Positions 58,906-64,000 of a stretch of 64,000 bases of DNA are shown here, in pieces. The notes beneath the pieces are model-generated. The model did not search any database. It saw only the letters and a program-made list of their open reading frames with translations, and was not told where the DNA came from. The position numbers and the translations under genes are program-made. The stretch spans positions 500,650,001-500,714,000 of the forward strand of contig NC_091977.1 in NCBI RefSeq assembly GCF_044704955.1, in the 5' to 3' direction. Within the stretch, counting starts at the first letter, position 1. Each line of letters begins with the position of its first letter. This DNA comes from Pristiophorus japonicus (taxonomy: Eukaryota).

Positions 58906-61832
58906 CCTGATGAATGCCTCCCTGGCCTTCTGGGGCATGACTACATGGCTGCCGCATAGCAGGCAGTCAGCTTGGATGGAGAGTACGTCCATCCGTCTGC
59001 GGAACGGCCTGACCACCTCGGGGCACGCTCCGTGTGTGGGTGCCCAATCCCCAGTCAGGACACATTTCTTTATCAGGGATAGGAGGGGGTCTCTGTTGGT
59101 CCAGATTTTGATCTGGCGGGCTGTGATAGGAGAGCCTGCGGTGTCAAAAGCCTCAATGGCCATGACCATCTCTGCACTTTGCTCCAACGCCCCCTCGATG
59201 GTCGCCAGTGGGAGCCTGCTGCGCGCGTCAGCGCAATTTTCGGTGCCTGTCCGGTGCCGTATGGTGTAGTCATACGTAGCCAGCATGAGAGCCCATCGCT
59301 GTATGCGACCTGATGCATTGGCATCGACAGCCTTGCTGTCAGACAACAGGGATGTTAACGGTTTGTGGTCCATTTCTAACTCGAACCTTCTGCCGAAAAG
59401 GTACTGGTGCATCTTTTTCACCCCATAGACACATGCGAGTGCTTCCTTTTCAACCATCCCATACCCCTTTCTGCTTGGGAGAACGACCTAGAGGCATAAG
59501 CCACAGGTTGGAGTTGGCCCTCACCATTACTCTGCTGCAACACGCACCCAACCCCATAGAATGATGCATCGCATATCAAATCCAATTTCTTACAGGGGTC
59601 ATACAGGGTCAATAACTTATTAGAACAAAGCAGGTTCTGCGCCCAATTGAAAGCCCATACCTGACAGTCCCCACAAAACCAATCGCAACCTTTACGCAGG
59701 AGCACGTGTAGCAGCTCCAGCAATGTACTTATGTTTGGCAGTAAGTTCCCGAAATAGTTCAACAGTCCCAGAAACGAACGCAACTCTGATGTATTGCCGG
59801 GCCTGCGCACGCGACGAATTGCCTCCGTTTTGGATTCGGTAGGCCGGATCCCGTCTGCAGCAACCCTCCTACCCAAAAACTTGACCCCTGGGGCCAAAAA
59901 CACACACTTGGACTTCTTTAGTCGCAAGCCTACCCGGTCCAGTCGGCATAGCACCTCCTCCAAGTTGTGGAGGTGTTACTCGGTGTCTTGACCCGTGATT
60001 AGGATGTCATCTTGGAATACGATTGTTCCAGGGATGAATTTAAGCAAGCTTTCCCTGTTCCTCTGGAACATGGCGGAAGACACTCGGTTGATGGTGGCCT
60101 TGTAGTCACCACAAATCTTGACCGAGCCATCCGCTTTAAGGACAGGAACGATGGGGCTTGCCCAGTCACTGAATTCAACAGGCAAAATTATGCCGTCTCT
60201 TAGCAGCCTGTCCAACTCACTCTCAATTCTCTCACGCATCACATACAGCACGGCTCTGGCTTTGTGGTGCACTGGTCTGGCGTCCGGGGTGATGCGTATC
60301 ACTACTTTGGTGCCCTTAAAGGTCCCGACACCTGGTTGAAAAAGTGGCTCGAATTTCTGTAGGACCTGTGAGCATGAATTTCGCTCCACAGATGAAATGA
60401 CGTGCACATCCCCACATTTCCAGTTCATCTCGGCTAACCAGCTCCTCCCCAAGAGCACGGGACCATTCCCCGGAAAAATCCAGAGTGGCAGCCGGTTCTC
60501 CGATTCTTTGTATGAGACCACCAAATTTGCACTGCCTAGTACTGGGATGATCTCTCTAGTGTACGCCCGTAGCTGCGTGTCAATGCGTTCCAATTTGGGC
60601 CTGTTAGCTTTGTGTGGCCATCGTTTTTAAAATTGTTGGGCACTCGTAAGTGATTGGCTGGCTCCTGTGTCCAGCTCCATGTGTATCGGGATGCCATTTA
60701 ATAGAACTTTCATCATCATAGCTGGCGTTTTGGTCTACGAGCTGTAGACGTCTGCCACATGAACCCTCTGGACTTCAGCATCCATAGCTTGCCCCCAAGC
60801 ATCACTCTGCCTTGCACACCCCTCGTCTGGTTCCTCTGCCTCGTAAACTAGCCTCGCTACGGGCTTTCTGCATATTCTGGCCAGATGTCCCTTGAAGTTA
60901 CAGTTTCTACACATAAATTGTTGAAATTTACAGGTTTTTGCAGTATGTCTGCCACTGCACCTCCAGCATAAGCGGAGATTGTTGTGAACAAAGGAACTGT
61001 TAGCAGGCATTCCTCTCTGATTGTTTCTTTGATTACTCCTGATCACTCTGTTCCTGAGTGTCAATGGTCCCATCCCGGGATGCATTGTCCCTTGTGATGG
61101 CGTGAATTGCTGATGCCCCTGCCATTGTCTTTGTTGCCGGCCCACTCTAGAGTCTGTTGCTGCCTGGGCGGTGTCGAATTGCCCTTGCCTGCCTGTGGGG
61201 TTCTGAGTCTCGTTTACAACGTTAACTCCCTGGTCCATCGCCACGTTGGAACCAGGGCTGTGCACGTAAATTATCTTGGTCTCCTCTTCCCCTGCCATGA
61301 ATGTCTGAGCTATCAACGTTGCCCTTTCCAAAGTCAAGTCCTTGGTCTCAATAAACTTCCTGAAAATCCCGGCATGACCAATGCCCTCAATGAAAAAATC
61401 CTTTAACATCTCCCCACTTCAGGCGTCTGTGAACTTACAGAGGCTGGTTAAACGCCGAAGGTCCGCAACGAAGTCTGATATGCTTTGTCCCTCCCGACGC
61501 CGGTGTGTATAGAACCGGTGCCGGGCCATGTGTATACTGCTCGCCAGTTTGAGGTGCTCACCGATCAGAGTGCTGAGCTCTTCAAAGGACTTGTCCGCCG
61601 GCTTCTCGGATGTGAGCAGGTCTTTCATCAGCGCATACGTCATGGATCCACAGCTGGTCAGTAGATGCGCCCTCCGCTTGCCACCGATTCCTCTCCCAGC
61701 CAGTCCTTCGTGACAAAGCTCTGCTGGAGCCTCTCAATGAAGTCGTCCCAGTCCTCACCGACACAGTACCGTTTCTCGATGCTACCGGTGGCCATCCTCA
61801 TGGGTCGTTGATTCCCGTTTCTCGTCGCCAAA

Positions 61833-62092
61833 TGTAGTGTCCTTACACCTTGCTATAGAATCACACGAGGCATGTACTGCAGGCAAGGTCACTAGGTGAC
61901 CTGAACGTTTATTCCCAGGACCAAGAAGTGATGACCCTGCGTGGGACCTCCCTTTATATACCTGGATGACTACGTGAGGAGTGTCTCCCACAAGTTCGCC
62001 CCCTGTGGTCAATGTGTGCATTACTCAGGTGCATACAGTGTACAGTGTTGTTACATAAAGGTTACAGTTATGTGAAGGTTACAAACATGACA
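61833..62092 (-). repeat. 5' LTR of Gypsy element 2
   Basis: TGTAG...TGACA, adjacent to the PBS. Confidence 0.95.
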
Positions 62093-62645
62093 GATGTGGT
62101 GTATTTGGACTTTCAAAAGGCTTTTGACAAGGTCCCGCACAAGAGATTGGTGTGCAAAATCAAAGCGCATGGTATTGGGGTGATGTACTGACGTGGATAG
62201 AGAACTGGTTGGCAGACAGGAAGCAGAGAAGCGGGATAAACAGGTCCTTTTCAGAATGGCAGGCAGTTACTAGTGGAGTGCCGCAGGGCTCAGTGCTGGG
62301 ACCCCAGCTATTTACAATATACATTAACGATTTAGATGAAGGAATTGAGTGTAATATCTCCAAGTTTGCAGATGACACTAAACTGGGTGGCGTTGTGAGC
62401 TGTGAGGAGGACGCTAAGAGGCTGCAGGGTGACTTGGACAGGTTAGGTGAGTGGGCAAATGCATGGCAGATGCAGTATAATGTGGATAAATGTGAGGTTA
62501 TCCATTTTGGGGGCAAATCACGAAGGAAGAATATTATCTGAATGACGGCAGATTAGGAAAAGGGGAGCTGCAACAAGACCTGGGTGTCATGGTTCATCAG
62601 TCATTGAAAGTTGGCATGCAGGTACAGCAGGTGGTGAAGGCGGCA

Positions 62646-62895
62646 TAGAAACATAGAAACATAGAAACATAGAAAATAGGTGCAGGAGTAGGCCATTAGG
62701 CCCTTCGAACCTGCACCACCATTCAAAAAGATCATAGCTAATCATTCACCTCAGTACCCCTTTCCTGCTTTCTCTCCATATCCCTTGATCCCTTTAGCCG
62801 TAAGGGCCATATCTAACTCCCTCTTGAATATATCCAACGAACTGGCATCAACAACTCTCTGTGGTAGAGAACTCCACAGGTTAACAACACTCTGT
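62646..62895 (-). mobile_element. Short CR1 3'-end insertion
   Basis: (TAGAAACA)n tail; TSD GGCA (62642-62645, 62896-62899). Confidence 0.9.
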
Positions 62896-63235
62896 GGCAA
62901 ATGGTATGTTGGCCTTCATAGCTAGCGGATTTGAGTATAGGAGCAGGAAGGTCTTACTGCACTGTACAGGGCCTAAGTGAGGCCTCACCTGGAATATTGT
63001 GTTCAGTTTTGGTCTCCAAATCTGAGGAAGGACATTCTTGCTGTTGAAGGAGTGCAGCGAAGGTTCACCAGACTGATTCCAGGGATGGCTAGACTGTCAT
63101 ATGAGGAGAGACTGGTTCAGCTGGGCCTTTAATCACTGGAGTTTAGAAGGATGAGAGGGGATCTCATATAAACGTATAAGATTCTGACAGGACTGGAGAG
63201 GTTAGGTGCGGGAAGAATGTTCCCGATGTTGGCGA

Positions 63236-64000
63236 AGATCGATTGGTCAAATCAAATCGCACAGGGTAGCCTGGAGGAGGAATTCATAGAATGCATACGG
63301 GATTGTTTCTCAGAACAGTATGTTACAGAACCTACAAGGGATCAAGCTATCTTAGATCTGGTCCTCTGTAATGAGACAGGAATAATAAACGATCTCCTCG
63401 TAAAAGATCCTCTTGGAATGAGTGATCACAGTATGGTTGAATTTGTAATACAGATTGAGGGTGAGGAAGTAGTGTCTCATACTATGCTTAAACAAAGGGG
63501 ACTACAGTGGGATGAGTGCAGAGTTGGCTAAAGTAGACTGGAAACACAGACTAAACGGTGGCACAATTGAGGAACAGTGGAGGACTTTTAAGGAGCTCTT
63601 TCATAGTGCTCAACAAAAATATATTCCAATGAAAAAGAAGGGCGGTAAGAGAAGGGATAACCAGGCGTGGATAACCAGGGAAATTAAGGAGAGTATCAAA
63701 TTAAAAACCAATGCATATAAGGTGGCCAATGTTAATGGGAAAATAGAAGATTGGGAAAATATTAAACGACAGCAAAGAATGACTAAGAAAGCAATAAAGA
63801 AAGGAAAGATAGATTACGAAGGTAAACTTGCACAAAACATAAAAACGGATAGTAAAAGCTTTTACCGATATATAAAACGGAAAAGAGTGACTAAAGTAAA
63901 TGTTGGTCCCTTAGAAGATGAGAAGGGGGATTTAATAATGGGAAATGTGGAAATGGCTGAGACCTTAAACAATTATTTTGCTTCGGTCTTCACAGTGGAA
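63236..64000 (+). mobile_element. CR1 ORF2 (APE/tether region) of another subfamily, running off the window
   Basis: IDWSNQ...FIECIRD...ILDLVLCN...SDHSMVEF; TNVGPL, LNNYFASVFT. Confidence 0.9.

Larger units (their letters stand above)
53989..62092 (-). mobile_element. Ty3/Gypsy (Mag-like) LTR retrotransposon 2, both LTRs present, decayed, interrupted by a CR1
   Basis: 260-bp LTRs at 53989-54248 and 61833-62092. Perfect TSD GATGT. PBS TGGCGACGAG (61821-61830); PPT GGGGGAGGTGA (54249-54259). gag zinc knuckles (CWRCSGRH...C), PR ELDTGAS, RT FQDD, RNase H and integrase. Confidence 0.95.
53700..63235 (+). mobile_element. CR1 RT fragment split by Gypsy element 2 and a short CR1 (53700-53988, 62093-62645, 62896-63235)
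   Basis: ...VDKGEPVDV stops at 53988 and resumes [12 protein letters not shown] at 62093. Confidence 0.9.

Overview
This is eukaryotic, transposon-saturated DNA with no host gene I can support. The repeat complement points to an intronic or intergenic region of a cartilaginous fish, probably a shark (inference). That complement is CR1 LINEs with (TTCTATGT)n tails, a second CR1-group LINE, L2, RTE, Deu-domain SINEs, Mag-type Gypsy LTR elements, Harbinger relics and GC-rich MITEs. The centrepiece is an apparently full-length, intact CR1 LINE at about 25503-30380 (+). It has a 5' array of ten-plus 62-bp TATA-containing monomers, an intact zinc-finger/coiled-coil/SGNH-esterase ORF1 and an intact APE-RT ORF2. 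The ORF1/ORF2 junction carries an in-register slippery heptamer (G TTA AAC), suggesting -1 ribosomal frameshifting. Other structures include two complete but decayed Gypsy proviruses with LTRs, PBS, PPT and 5-bp TSDs, one of them in a CR1>Gypsy>CR1 nest. There are also two solo LTRs, two two-gene Harbinger relics, a 1.05-kb tandem duplication whose second copy was inflated to 7.4 kb by insertions, and a G-rich minisatellite. Boundaries of old, degenerate repeats are approximate.
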